Notes under the pieces: generated by a model
Seen by the model: only the letters and a program-made list of their open reading frames with translations
Database searches by the model: none
What the model was told of the DNA's origin: nothing
Program-made: the position numbers and the translations under genes
Part shown: in pieces, positions 42,051 through 54,347 of the stretch
Layout: every line of letters begins with the position of its first letter
How positions within the stretch are numbered: the stretch's first letter is position 1
Assembly (NCBI GenBank): GCA_951406725.2
Contig: OX597835.1
Location: 27,404,001 to 27,468,000, forward strand
Reading direction: 5' to 3'
DNA length: 64,000 nucleotides
Source of the DNA: Octopus vulgaris
Lineage: Eukaryota

Positions 42051-43572
42051 ATTAGTATATTATGTGAAATACATGCAAGCCAATGCTTTGGGTGTAATTA
42101 ATCATTATTAACTGTATGCCTAGAATATGCATATATAATATAATGTTAGTGGCAAAAAACCAAAATATAATAAAAAATAATGTCCGACAAACTATATTTT
42201 CATGTTGCAAATGGATAGAAAAGAAATCAATACAGCCAATCTTAATCCTGATGCAAGCTGTTGGTTAGGATCAAATTTACAGGAATAGGAGGTTACTCTG
42301 GTGTCTCCTGATTAGGGTGGCAATTATATCTGAATCTGACCTCAAGTCACCCCCTACAATCTTTATAATGGAAAGGATACATATTTATCGACATATTTTT
42401 CTATATTGCAATTCAAAAACTATAGAGTTGTCGGTTAGAGATTTCCAACTGTTGAACCACTACACCATGTCACAGCATTTTCAACAGGACAGTGAAAGTG
42501 GCAACGGAGTATCTGTAACACATATCTCAAGAGACCAACCTTGAAAAGCAGAAGTTCTTTTGGTTTTATCAGCAAAGATGCCTTGTGGCATTCCAGCTAT
42601 TTGCATTGTTATGACGCTGACCCCATCTGTATTGACCCAAGACAGGGGTCCTCTGTTTTTGATAAACATTGGTACTGTGGAGATGAAAGAAACTACTATC
42701 TTCCTAAAAGAAAAACATCTAGGCTACCCCTACACATATATATGCAGACTCCTGATCCACCTAGATTGACAGAGACCTTATATTTCTTTCACAAGGCATT
42801 GATTAACTCAAAGTAATAGCAAAAGACATTTGCCCATGGTGCCATGCAGTGGTACTAAACATCCAAACCATATAGTTACAATAATAATGGTAGTCTCTTA
42901 AGTCCAAGAAAGATGATTTATATAAATAATATAAATAATAATATAAATAATATAATTATAATAATAATAAATTATATAAATAATATCTATAAATATAAAT
43001 AATATAAATAATAAAGTATAAATCAAATAATTTTTTTAAGGTGACCACATTTGCTATTTGGTCACCTACATGAAAGAATATAAAGTTCTGGATTTCCAGA
43101 AGAACCTCAAAGAGTTTCTTCTTTAAACTTTGGTCTTTTGGTATGCATGAACAATTGTTTAAGAATATGGAGTTGATTCTAATAGTCAATTTCAGAAGAC
43201 TATTTTTGAATTGGTGAAAGAATTTGTTTCACTAGAAGAGCCAGCCTGTAAAATACGACTACATAACTCTTCCCTCCACAATTTGGCTCTTTGGATTTTT
43301 GACCTCCTGGATCTTAGATTAAAAAAGTACACATATATGTGTGTGTGTGTGCATTATATATGTACACATATGAGGATGATGATGATGTACACACACACTA
43401 GTTCAATAAATGAGCAATTTGTAATGGTTTAATATCAATAATTAACTTTTTTTAAGGATCTTAATCAAGATTTTAAAAAAGTCAGAATCCATGGCATGAC
43501 ATAATAAAAACACACACAATGAACAAAACAAAAATAATCCACAGAGTCATGTATTATATACTCACTTAAATT

Positions 43573-43671
43573 CATATATATATATGCATATATATATATG
43601 TATATATATACATATATGTATTGATAGATAGATAGATATAGATAGAAAGATAGGTAAATAGATACATACAT

Positions 43672-43721
<50 letters not shown>

Positions 43722-43732
43722 GCATATATATG

Positions 43733-43778
<46 letters not shown>

Positions 43779-43855
43779 TATATATATATGCATATTATAT
43801 ATGCATATATATATATATATATGCATATATATATATGCATATATATATATATGCA

Positions 43856-43951
<96 letters not shown>

Positions 43952-44242
43952 TATATATATATGCATATATATATATATATATATATATATGCATATATAT
44001 ATATATATAGCATATATATATATATACACATACATATATATGCATATATATATATATATATACACATACATATATATGCATATATATATATACATATATA
44101 TATATACACATACATATATATGCATATATATATATATATATATACACATACATATATACACACATATTTATACATCTATATATATGTATGTATGAATATA
44201 TATGTGTTTATGTATATATGTGTATATATATATGCATGAATA

Positions 44243-44274
<32 letters not shown>

Positions 44275-44300
44275 GATATAAATATACATATACATACACA
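43573..44300. repeat. (TA)n compound microsatellite punctuated by GC (atatgcatat)
   Basis: direct inspection. Confidence 0.97.
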
Positions 44301-44600
44301 CATAAAGAAAGAGGAAAGAAGGAGAGAGAGAAGGAGAGAAGGAAGGAGAGGAAGAGAGAAAGTGACATGTATATGTATAATATCCACATAACAACAACAA
44401 AAAATGAAACAAAATAACCACATCTGCCTACTATGCTGCATAGACTGACTGCACAGACGGAACGGAAGAAAATAAAAACAGTGAGGACAGATAGAAGCTG
44501 TATGCTGTGTCACCCCTCATAGTTATTAAGTTAGACAGTCGCCTTGGATGCAGATGCACAACACTGCACACTGCATCCAAGAAATCTCCCTCTAACTGAC

Positions 44601-44690
44601 CTGAGCAGAGGAGAACGCTGGTTGACTGGACAGCTGGTTTGACAGCTGAGCAATAGGCTGGATCTGGAAGCCTCGACTAGCCAAATTATC
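44601..44690 (-). CDS. unc-13: putative cassette exon of unc-13 (30 aa, Q/S-rich, in the MUN loop)
   Basis: long pyrimidine tract, tcttcag|GAT...GCTCAG|gtcagt; 90 nt, phase 0/0, open frame DNLASRGFQIQPIAQLSNQLSSQPAFSSAQ; GC-richer than its flanks; no homology I can recognise. Confidence 0.7.
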
Positions 44691-45048
44691 CTGAAGATAA
44701 AATGTTGTGAGAACTAAGCAAATGTGATTTAAGAAGAAGAAGAAAAAAAGAAAAAAAAAAAGAGAAACTAAATGGAAACAAAACTTAATCATGATTTTAG
44801 ACACATGAGATTTACAATAAGAGATAAATCTTATTTAAATCTTAGGCTGTCTTGCCTAAGGTGCCATGCAATGGGATTGAACCTGAAATCATATTGTTGG
44901 AAAACAAACTTGTTAATCACAGAGCTGTGCCCATACATCTACATTTATACTGACATATACAGGTACATGTCAATGGGCACACATACACATGCACACGTAT
45001 CCAGAATATAAACAAACATACATACATTTGATCAATAAACCTTGCTTT

Positions 45049-45242
45049 ATATGAGGGGGTGCTGAAAAGTTCCTGGCTTTATGGGTATCATGAAAGGCCT
45101 GGTTAGAGGTCCAAAATTCCAAGTTTTTTTACAGGGCTTAGAAAATCTGAAGGACTGCTGCAATAAGTGTGTGAATCTAAGAGGGGAGATCCTCCTGCAT
45201 TTTTTTTACTCAAAACCAGCAACTTATCAGCGCTCCCTCATA
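45049..45242. mobile_element. mariner-derived MITE (partial copy at about 693-870)
   Basis: tatgagggggtgctgaaaagtt...aacttatcagcgctccctcata. Confidence 0.75.
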
Positions 45243-45397
45243 ATTTACTGGCAAAACGTGAATATTGGAACCAAGGTATGAAGTGGCATAGTTATATCTT
45301 AGATTAACAATATATAAATTATATAGATTATATATATATATATATATATAAGTGAGAAAGTTGGTATGTGAAAGCACATGGTTGGATGTATAGAAAA

Positions 45398-45610
45398 TAT
45401 AAAGGAATGAAAAAACTACAGAAGGCTTGTGTTATAAGGTTAAAGAATATATTTAAGTCGTTATGTTAGAAAAATGTTATAAAATTTCGTATATTACTAT
45501 ACGCAAAATTTTCTAACATTTTTCTAACATAACAACTTAAATATATTCTTTAACCTTATAAAACAAGCCTTCTGTAGTTTTTTTCACTCTTTTATATATT
45601 TTTTATATAA
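45398..45610. mobile_element. fold-back element between (TA)n tracts
   Basis: about 90-bp inverted arms (aaactacagaaggcttg...ataaggttaaagaatatatttaagt...gttagaaaaatgtta). Confidence 0.85.
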
Positions 45611-46394
45611 ATATATATATATATATATATAAATATAAATAGTGAGCTGTTTCCTCTTCAAGCATATCTGCTTATTTCATTACCACTATCCAATATGGGG
45701 TCACAGTTGCTGCTGTATGTTAGTCAAAAAACATATTAAAATTGAGAATTACTGAAATATTTGGCAGAGTTATTGTACAACACAACAAAAATGGAAATTT
45801 TTGGGTTCTATTTATTCATCATTACACTTGTTTCATTTGCTAATAGGAAGTATGAAGATTTACACGTTAGATAAATATGTAAGGAATTTCCTATTAGAAA
45901 ATTTTCAGACAGAGAAAAAATTATAATTATACATATGTATATATATAATGGACTCTCCTGTTGTTGGACAACACATGGGAGTTCTGGAATTCCTAGCTGA
46001 ACAACTCCACAGATGATTTGTTTATTGTGATCAAATCTTCGTGTTCACATAAGCTCATTTCCTCCATCAAATCCACATTACCTGTGCAGGTACATGATGC
46101 GCCACATGTCAGATGATGAAATGATTGCAGTGCAGTGTGAAGTGAAGTATTTTGCTCAAGAACACTACACAATGCCTGGTCTGGTATTGAAACCATGATC
46201 TCACAATCAGTATTGAGTACACCATCTCAACCACTAAGCCATATAGTTATATGCATATATTTATACTGCAGCCTTAAAAAAAATCTTCCCAGAAAAAGAA
46301 CCTCAAAATTCTATGAAATATAACAGGAAGAAATATAACTGAAGGCATAGATGGATTCATCAAATGTTATTTTTTCATTTTTTTTTTTCATTTC

Positions 46395-46625
46395 ATCTAG
46401 TTTCAGCTTAAAGCTGTGGCCATGCTGGGGCACCTCCATTCAGTGTTGCTACATGATTTTACTTCACGAATGCTTTTTAGCAATTTGACATTTGGTGCAT
46501 GAGAGAGTTTGATGGAGCTGCCCTCATCTGCACCTCCTGCCGTGATACCTGACAGGAAGAGGTCCAACTTTATTTTGAAGCTATCTGCATCCACCCCATG
46601 CAGGTCACTCAGTTAAGTTATGAAT
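46395..46625 (-). mobile_element. 3' end of a LINE whose tail resembles SINE family B
   Basis: ORF end ...DADSFKIKLDLFLSGI..., then ggtgccccagcatggccacagc...ctgaaac and an A-rich tail. Confidence 0.65.
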
Positions 46626-47621
46626 TTCACAGAAATATATTAGCATTTTTGTATAAAAGGATGATTCCATATCACAAGAATTTAAAAAAGTAAGATGGAA
46701 ACTGGACAATGGATATTTTAAGTTGCCGTGAATAATTTTCGTATAGTGGTTATGGTGGTGGTGGGGAGGGAGATATATTAAAACAGAGCAATTGTATAAA
46801 GGTTTGAGTATGGAGCTTAGTCAGTAAATTATTAAAACAATTGAAATTGGTTCTTCAAATGGACATTTGTATTGGATTTTTTTTAGTTTTACCAATGAGA
46901 TGAAAAAGCTTTACCAAATTTTCATGACATGAGACCTTTTATTTGTTTCAGTCACTAGACTGTGGCCATGCTAGGGCACCACCTCAAAGGATGCTAGTTG
47001 AGTGAATTGGCGCTGGTACTTATTCTTTTTTTTAAGCCTGGTACTTACTCTATCGGTCTCTTTGGCCAAACCACTAAGTTACGGGGAGAAAAACACACCA
47101 ACCACTTAACAAAGCATGCTGGGTGCATTTTACATGTGACTTCAGTATTAGAACAGCATATACATGTTAGCTTGTTTTTACATCCTTTTCTCCATGATAG
47201 CATGGGTTAGATGAATGTATAATTGGGGCGCTGCTTCTTTACAGCTGGATGCTAACCCTTACTTAATTTTTCAAGCCAGGCATCTCTTTTTCCACAATGA
47301 TATACATACATAAACACACATACACAGTTTTTTTTTTATGTCAAAAGTGTTAATAATAAAACCAAAAAATCTGTGAAAAGAGATTATACAATTAAATAAA
47401 CTCAATAAGATGAGAAAGAGATGCGACAAAAACAAAATGAGACAAATATATATTCTTTAAATTTGTGTTGATAAAAAATGGCTAGAAATACTACAATTTA
47501 TCAAGACATAACAAGCATGTTCTACGTGATACAAATGGTTTTTCTTTCTCCTCTGCAGATATTTTAAAGTAAACAGCATCAAAAATTTTGCAAAAAGGAA
47601 TAAATGAAACAATAAGTTTAC

Positions 47622-47723
47622 CTGGATCATCTGGACACCTTTTGGCATTTGGCTTACATGAGTTAGAAGGGCACTGGACATAGCTTCAATTTTGGCTTGG
47701 GCGTTTCCGGGGAGAAGCAGTAA
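47622..47723 (-). CDS. unc-13: unc-13 coding exon (variable loop of MUN domain)
   Basis: tttccag|TTA...ATCCAG|gtaaac; 102 nt, phase 0/0; LLLLPGNAQAKIEAMSSALLTHVSQMPKGVQMIQ; the AKIE motif resembles the invertebrate unc-13 loop as I recall it. Confidence 0.85.
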
Positions 47724-47788
47724 CTGGAAAAAAAAGAAAGAGAGAAATTTATACTTAGAGTATACCACTGATTTGTGATTTAAAATTA

Positions 47789-47837
<49 letters not shown>

Positions 47838-47954
47838 TGATAATAATAATAATGATAATAATGATAATAATAATAATAATGGTTTCAAATTTTGCCATCG
47901 CAGCAGCCATTTTTGGGAAGGGGATAAGTCAATTACATCAAACCTCAGTGTTTC

Positions 47955-47988
<34 letters not shown>

Positions 47989-48043
47989 CAACACTAGTTG
48001 TCTAGTGATGGTGGGGATGGGGGATAAACACAGACACATACAA

Positions 48044-48130
<87 letters not shown>

Positions 48131-48583
48131 ATGGGCTTCTTTCAGTTTCCGTCTACCAAATCCACTCACAAGGTTTTGGTTGACTTAAGGCTATAGGAGA
48201 AGACACTTGCCCAAGGTGCCATGCAGTGGGACTAAACCTGAACTTTGTGGTTGGGAAGCAAGCTTCTTACCACACAGCCATTCCTATGCCATTTCTGGAG
48301 TCATTTGCCCCGGGTGCCACGCAATAGGACTGAACCCGGAACCATGTGGTTGGGAAGCCAACTCCTTACCATACACCCACACCCGCACCTATATATAAAT
48401 ATCTGAAACATTGCCGTAGGTTAATTCCATCACATGTTTTTTCAGCTGGTTGTGATATGTTTTATGTGAATACTTCAACCATTGAAAGAATTTGTTACAC
48501 TAAATACATGAAGTCATTTGGGGGAAAAACAATTTTGGTTCATTTGGAATTATAACAGAAGAAATAATCAATTGTACACTTAC

Positions 48584-48655
48584 TTGTCTAGGATCTGATA
48601 AGGGTGGAAGGACAACTGTTTTTTCCATGGTATGCATAACTATCTTCCACAGTTC
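48584..48655 (-). CDS. unc-13: unc-13 coding exon (MUN/MHD2)
   Basis: tttcag|GAA...AGACAA|gtaagt; 72 nt; ELWKIVMHTMEKTVVLPPLSDPRQ. Confidence 0.95.
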
Positions 48656-48741
48656 CTGAAAAAATAACACAAACAAAAACATAAATTAAAATAACGAATT
48701 TAACCCTTCTACTGTGAAAAGCAGTGTTTTATACCAATAAA

Positions 48742-49140
48742 TTCTTTTACTTGTTTCAGTCATTTCACTGTGGCAATGCTGGAATGCCACCTTAAAGGGG
48801 TTTTAGCTGAACAAACTGACCTCAGGATTTATTTTTTGTAAGCCTAGTAATTATTCTATCAGTCTCTTTTGCCGAACAGCTAAGTTACAGGGACATAACC
48901 ACACCAGCATCAGTTGTCAGGTGATGGCAGGGGGACAAACACACACACACAAGCATATACATGTATATATACATTTGATAGGTTTCTTTCAGTTTCCATC
49001 TACCAAATCCACTCACAAGGCTTTGATCAGCCCAAAGCTATAGTAGAAGACACTTGCCCATGGTGCCATGCAGTGGGACTAAACCCAGAACCATATGGTT
49101 AGAAAGCAAGCTTTTTACCACACAGCTATGCTTGTGCTTA
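48742..49140 (-). mobile_element. SINE family B (another copy at about 47985-48390)
   Basis: full-length copy. Confidence 0.85.
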
Positions 49141-49467
49141 TGTGAGTATTTTGAAAATAGCTCATGGAGCAACGCCAGAGCCCTACCTAGTTACAGGCTG
49201 CTCTTTGGCAAGGTATAAGCCCCATTCAGCTACCGTGGAACACAATGAAGTTATGGAACTGCAGCCTGGTGGATTGTTATGAGGTTGCACAAGAGCTCAA
49301 ATGAGTCAATGGTGCTTCTTACATTGACACTGGGCAGAGGAATCCTAGAAGGTCAATGGTCAAGATCACCAAATTCAAGAGAGTAAATGCAATGCATCCA
49401 GTGGGTGTGACGTCCATGGTTGTGCAATCAGCTGATGAAAGATTCATTATGATTCAACTTTCCCCAA

Positions 49468-49513
49468 GACACCTGATGAAGGCTGGAGGATATATCAGCC
49501 GAAACGTTGTGTT
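49468..49513 (+). ncRNA. minimal type-I hammerhead ribozyme motif (Penelope-type)
   Basis: GACAC-CUGAUGA-A-GGCUG(gaggauauau)CAGCC-GAAACGUU-GUGUU: canonical core, palindromic ACGU in place of stem III. Confidence 0.8.
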
Positions 49514-49579
49514 AACAACAAACAAGATGGGGACAATAATAAATCTCTGAACGAGGTATAAACAGTAACTGCACGACAA

Positions 49580-49856
49580 TGTGAGGTATACTTGCCATCT
49601 CAATATGGCTAACTACTAAGGGTGGGTGTTACAGTAGCTTGTAGCCCCAGGAGACGATGTTCTCCTGGGGACGATGTTCTCCTGGGGACGATGTTCTCCT
49701 GGGGACGATGTTCTCCTGGGGACGATGTTCTCCTGGGGACGATGTTCTCCTGGGGCTACAAGCTACAGATGGAGACGATGTTCTCCTGGGGCTACAAGCT
49801 ACAGTAACACCCACCATTAGTGGTTAGCCATATTGAGATGGCAAGTATACCTCACA
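49580..49856. mobile_element. fold-back element with a central 17-bp tandem array
   Basis: arms tgtgaggtatacttgccatctcaatatggctaac...gtagcttgtagccccaggaga; centre (acgatgttctcctgggg)x6 plus a seventh copy. Confidence 0.9.
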
Positions 49857-51420
49857 AGATGAGGGCAAATATTCATCAAATGTAAATAGTGTACATAATT
49901 CCTCATCTCTTAAATACAGAACTGTATTTCGAATTCAAATTCATAATAGAATTGGATGGTGACAGAATCATAGCAATCTGCAAAAGCAGCCTGGTGGATT
50001 GTGAAGAGGCAGCGGAAGAGCTCAACTGAGCCAATGGTGCTTCTTACACTGATGCTGAGTAGAGGAATCCTAGACGGTCAATGGTCAGGATCACCAAGTT
50101 TTATCAAGAGAGTAACTGCAATGTACCTATAGGGGCAGCATCTATGGTTGTGTGATCAGCTAATGAAAGAAATTCACTAAGACTCAAGCAGCCAATTCAA
50201 ATTGATAATAATGGAATTGGATGGCAAGAGAAAGTTATGGGAATCCACAAAAGCAGCATGGCGGATAGTGAAGAGGAAGTGGAAGAGCTCAACTGAGCCA
50301 AATATGCTTCTTACATTGATACTGAGTGGAAGAATTCTAGAAGATCAATGGTCAGGATCACTAAGCTCTAACAAGAGAGTAACTGCAATGCATCCATAGG
50401 GGTGGTGGCCATGGTTGTGTAATCAGCTAATGAAAGATTCATTATGATTGAAGTTCCCAATTCAAAATCATAATAATGGAATCGGATGCTGAGAGAGTCA
50501 TGGGAATCCACAAAAGCAGCATGGTGGATTGTGAAGAGGAAGCGAAAGGGCTCAACTGAGCCAATGGTGCTCCTTACACTGATGCTGAAGAAAGGAACCC
50601 AAGATCAACATCAGGGTTACCAAGTTTTATCAAGAGAGTAACTGCAATGTACCTATAGGGGCAGCATCTATGGTTGTATGATCAGCTAATGGAATATTCA
50701 CCAAGACTCAAGCAGCCAATTCAAATTGATAATAATGGAATTGGACGGCAAGAGAAAGTTATGGGAAGCCACAAAAAGCAGCATGGCGGATTATGAAGAG
50801 GAAGTGGAAGAGCTCAACTGAGCCAACGGTGCTTCTTGCATTGGTATTGAGTGGAAGAATTCTAGATCATCAGAGAGGATCATCAAGCTCTGTGAAGAGA
50901 GTAACTGCAATGCATCCATAGGGGTGGTGGCCATGGTTGTGTAATCAGCTAATGAAAGATTCATTGTGACTCCAGCTTCCAATCCAGCATGGCCAGAGTT
51001 TAAGGACTGAAACAAACTATGTCATATAAACATTCAAATATTATCCCTATTCTTCCAAATCCTATTGCTTTTCACAAGGAAGTTTTGGTTATATTTCACT
51101 TCTTTATTATTTGGTCATTAGTTAATTGTTTAATGAACTAATTGATTGCTTGATTTATCATTAGGTTAATCAACCAATCAGTTGTGTTTGCCACAGTTCC
51201 TGCATTGACACAAGCAACCTTGTCAATGGTATGCACTCTCTACTTCAAGTCAGCTTTAAACTTACTTGAAGCATCTGTGGTTAACCAAATGTGTTAATTG
51301 AGCAGTCAATTGGTTAGCTGGTTGAATAGTCAACCAATTGATGATTAATAAAGAAGTGAAACTGAACTTGTGTGTGTGTTCATCATTATTGGCATTATGG
51401 AAATAGTAGATGTGATCCCT

Positions 51421-51862
51421 GTGCCGGTGGCACATAAAAAGCACCATCTGAACGTGGCCGATGCCAGTGCCGCCTTGACTGGCTTCCATGCTGGTGGCAC
51501 GTAAAAAGCACCATCTGAACGTGGCCGATGCCAGCACCGCCTTGACTGGCTTCCGTGCCGGTGGCACATAAAAAGCACCATCTGAATGTGGCCGATGCCA
51601 GCATCACCTTGACTGGCTTCTGTGCCGGTGGCACGTAAAAAGCACCAATCTGATTGTGGCCGTTACCAGCTTCGCCTGGCACGTAAAAAGCACCCACTAC
51701 ACTCACGGAGTGGTTGGCGTTAGGAAGGGCATCCAGCTGTAGAAACACTGCCAGATCAGACTGGGGCCTGGTGCAACCTTCTGGCTTTCCAGGTCCCGGT
51801 CGAACCGTCCAATCCATGCTAGCATGGAAAACGGACGTTAAATGATGATGATGATGATGATG
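51421..51862 (+). mobile_element. retroelement family C (67-bp tandem units plus a 3' tail ending in (GAT)n); other pieces near 5745, 6262, 30550, 31965, 37125, 53225, 59745, 62000
   Basis: ggcacgtaaaaagcacccactacactc...gagtggttggcgttaggaagggcatccagc...catggaaaacggacgttaaatgatgatg. Confidence 0.8.
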
Positions 51863-51922
51863 ACCTTCACAAGATACAATAAAAGTGTATATAATTCAAG
51901 TAAATAAAAAAGAAAGTATTAC

Positions 51923-51977
51923 CTTCAGTAAGCGTTTTAAGACCGTCTTCTCACAAGCTTGGGAGAACATCGATAAA
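51923..51977 (-). CDS. unc-13: unc-13 coding exon (MUN/MHD2)
   Basis: ttttcaag|T...CTGAAG|gtaata; 55 nt, phase 2 to 0; LSMFSQACEKTVLKRLLK contains the Munc13 CEKTVLKR motif. Confidence 0.95.
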
Positions 51978-53174
51978 CTTGAAAAGGAATAAAAATGAAA
52001 AATTGTTAAAAAACTGTATGAAAAATAATGATTTACTATGTCATACTATATCCTATTCTTATATCTTTTCCTTTCTATTTTTGCCGGCAAGAAAACAGAT
52101 CATTTTGCTTCTGGATATACATTCAATGATATCAAATCAGGAATTGAAATTATCGATAACAAAATTAAAAAACATAAAAACAACTTTGCAACGATATTGA
52201 TTTCTTAATATAATTAATGATAATTCAACGAGCTAAACAGAAAAATAGAAAAATGTAATTATACGGCTTCAATGTTGACAAACAGCAAGACAACGTCATT
52301 AAGTGACAGTGATAGGGTTAAGAGAAAGACTTGTATTTTCACAACATGTATTTAAAAATTATTAAATCCATCAGAAAATGTCATGATTTATAATCAAAAC
52401 AATGGCTTCGGAAATACAAATAAAGATTAAAAAATTTTTTTTTAATTCCAACGTGGATTTATTAACAGCTTTCCTTTTCTTTTCAAAGAAGTGCTATCAA
52501 TCATTCCTTTGTTTCTCTTTCTTTTTTCTTTTTTTTTTACCTTGAGAATATCTTGGTGAGATGGCACCTAAAGTTAGAAGCTTCGACCATACTTCTTCAA
52601 TTAATTCTTCAAGGAGAAGGCCATGTTTTTTTTCTTATTTATTCACTCATTCATTTGAATGAAAGCAGTGTTGGTTACATGCACCCAAAGGGCTAAAAAC
52701 TGGTTCACTGCAAGGGAGTGTCAGTAATGTAGTGTGGAACAAATAAATTAAGGGACTTTGTTTTCTTGCTAATGTTTATATCATTTGCAAAGGAAACATC
52801 AGCATAATACATGCACACACATTCAAACCACACAAACTCGAGCATACAATTATGTGTATGTGTGTGTAATGCCTTGATGTGTAGATACCGACGGTATCAG
52901 AGCGTGTATAAGTCTTGAAAAAATTACAAAAATTGATTCCAGGTAAGAATGCGATCAATAAAGCCGTGGAAACATGCATTTGTAAAATCGTTTTTATCGG
53001 AATAGAAAAAAGTCTATTTTTATTTCTTTTTTTGCTGGTGTCTCAAATTTAGGTTAAATCAGTGTTTCTCAAAGGGGAGACCTATGGGACGGTCGGACAA
53101 GTTGTTTTGAGAAAATTTGGTTTAAATGTTTGACAACTCAGCACTATCCATTGGAGGGGGGGGGGGCTTTGGCT

Positions 53175-53220
<46 letters not shown>

Positions 53221-54305
53221 TATAATGTGTTTGGAAGGGCATCCAGCTGTAAAAGCTGTGCCAAAACAGACACAGAAGTCTGGTGCGGGCTCCTACCTGG
53301 GCAGCTCCAGTCAAACCATCCAACCCATGCCAGCATGGAAGGCGGACATTAAACAATGAAGGCGATGATATATATATATAAAGTCTGCTGCCTTGAGTAG
53401 ATATGTACATGAAGGAGAAACTTATCTAGATTGTCAAAGCATTTAGGGTCAGAACACAAGACCACCTTCGCATCCAAATGTGATGTCAGTGTGTCACAGA
53501 GTTAAGCACTAGATGTCACTGGTTATTAGTTTCAGCTGAGTGCACGGGAGCTTGCTAGTCGCATTTGCCGATGGAAACCAGGTTGGTTTTTATCTTTTGA
53601 ATTATCTTTTTTATTTAATTTAGTACGAAAGGATTGATTATAATTGATTAAGAAGAATTAATTTGTATAAATAATATTAATAAAGCTGGCAGAAATATGT
53701 GAATAATTTAGGATTATTTCATAAAAGTAGAACTTTTACTTTATATTAACAGGTGCCTGTTAGTCTCATTTGCCACCAAGTCATTGTGCTATCATCCTTA
53801 AAAGCAAATATATTTTCACTGAATCAAATATTCATTTCTATGCTATTTAATACATCAGTATTCATCTTTGTCGTTCAAATACACATCGCTGGCTGCTTTG
53901 AGTTATTTCCCTTTGCTCGTTTTCATTTCCTTTATGCTAATTTCCTCAGAACAGAAATGTGCTCTTTTCTTTTTTGAGTATGTCTAAGTGCCTTGTTCAG
54001 CTGTGGGGCAATTCTCTGCAGATGATACCTATCGCTGCAGAAACATGTCCATAGTTGTCTACTTGTCTCCAGACAATCGGGCTATCTTTTCTTTAAAGGC
54101 ATGTCAATTATTTTTTTAGAATTCTTGATTCCAGAGATTATCTCCCCTTTTTACTTGATGTTGGTCTCCGCTGCCTCCAAGTGATTTTCCTACCTTCTCT
54201 AAATGCAGAGTTAAGTTTAATACATCATGAATTTATCTTGAATATTTAATATATCATTATTTACCTTTGTTACATATATATATATATAAACAATAATAAT
54301 AATAA

Positions 54306-54345
<40 letters not shown>

Positions 54346-54347
<2 letters not shown>

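Larger units (their letters stand above)
49245..50985. repeat. tandem array of units of about 260 bp with an alternating A/B higher-order structure
   Basis: units start near 49932, 50194, 50459 and 50717, plus a partial first unit at 49245-49457 interrupted by the hammerhead element. Confidence 0.9.

Noticed and set aside
41443-44421. Long ORFs rich in [12 protein letters not shown] (up to 199 aa), here and at 10-13 kb and 25-27 kb
   Set aside because: They are translations of stop-free (TA)n/(CA)n microsatellites, open in many frames on both strands.
47527-47553. Possible 27-nt microexon RRKKNHLYH just after exon 47622-47723
   Set aside because: The donor is poor (CAC|gtagaa) and the intervening intron would be only about 68 nt.
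49654-49791. Regular short direct repeats superficially like a CRISPR array
   Set aside because: There are no unique spacers, the context is a eukaryotic intron and there are no cas genes; it is a 17-bp tandem stutter.
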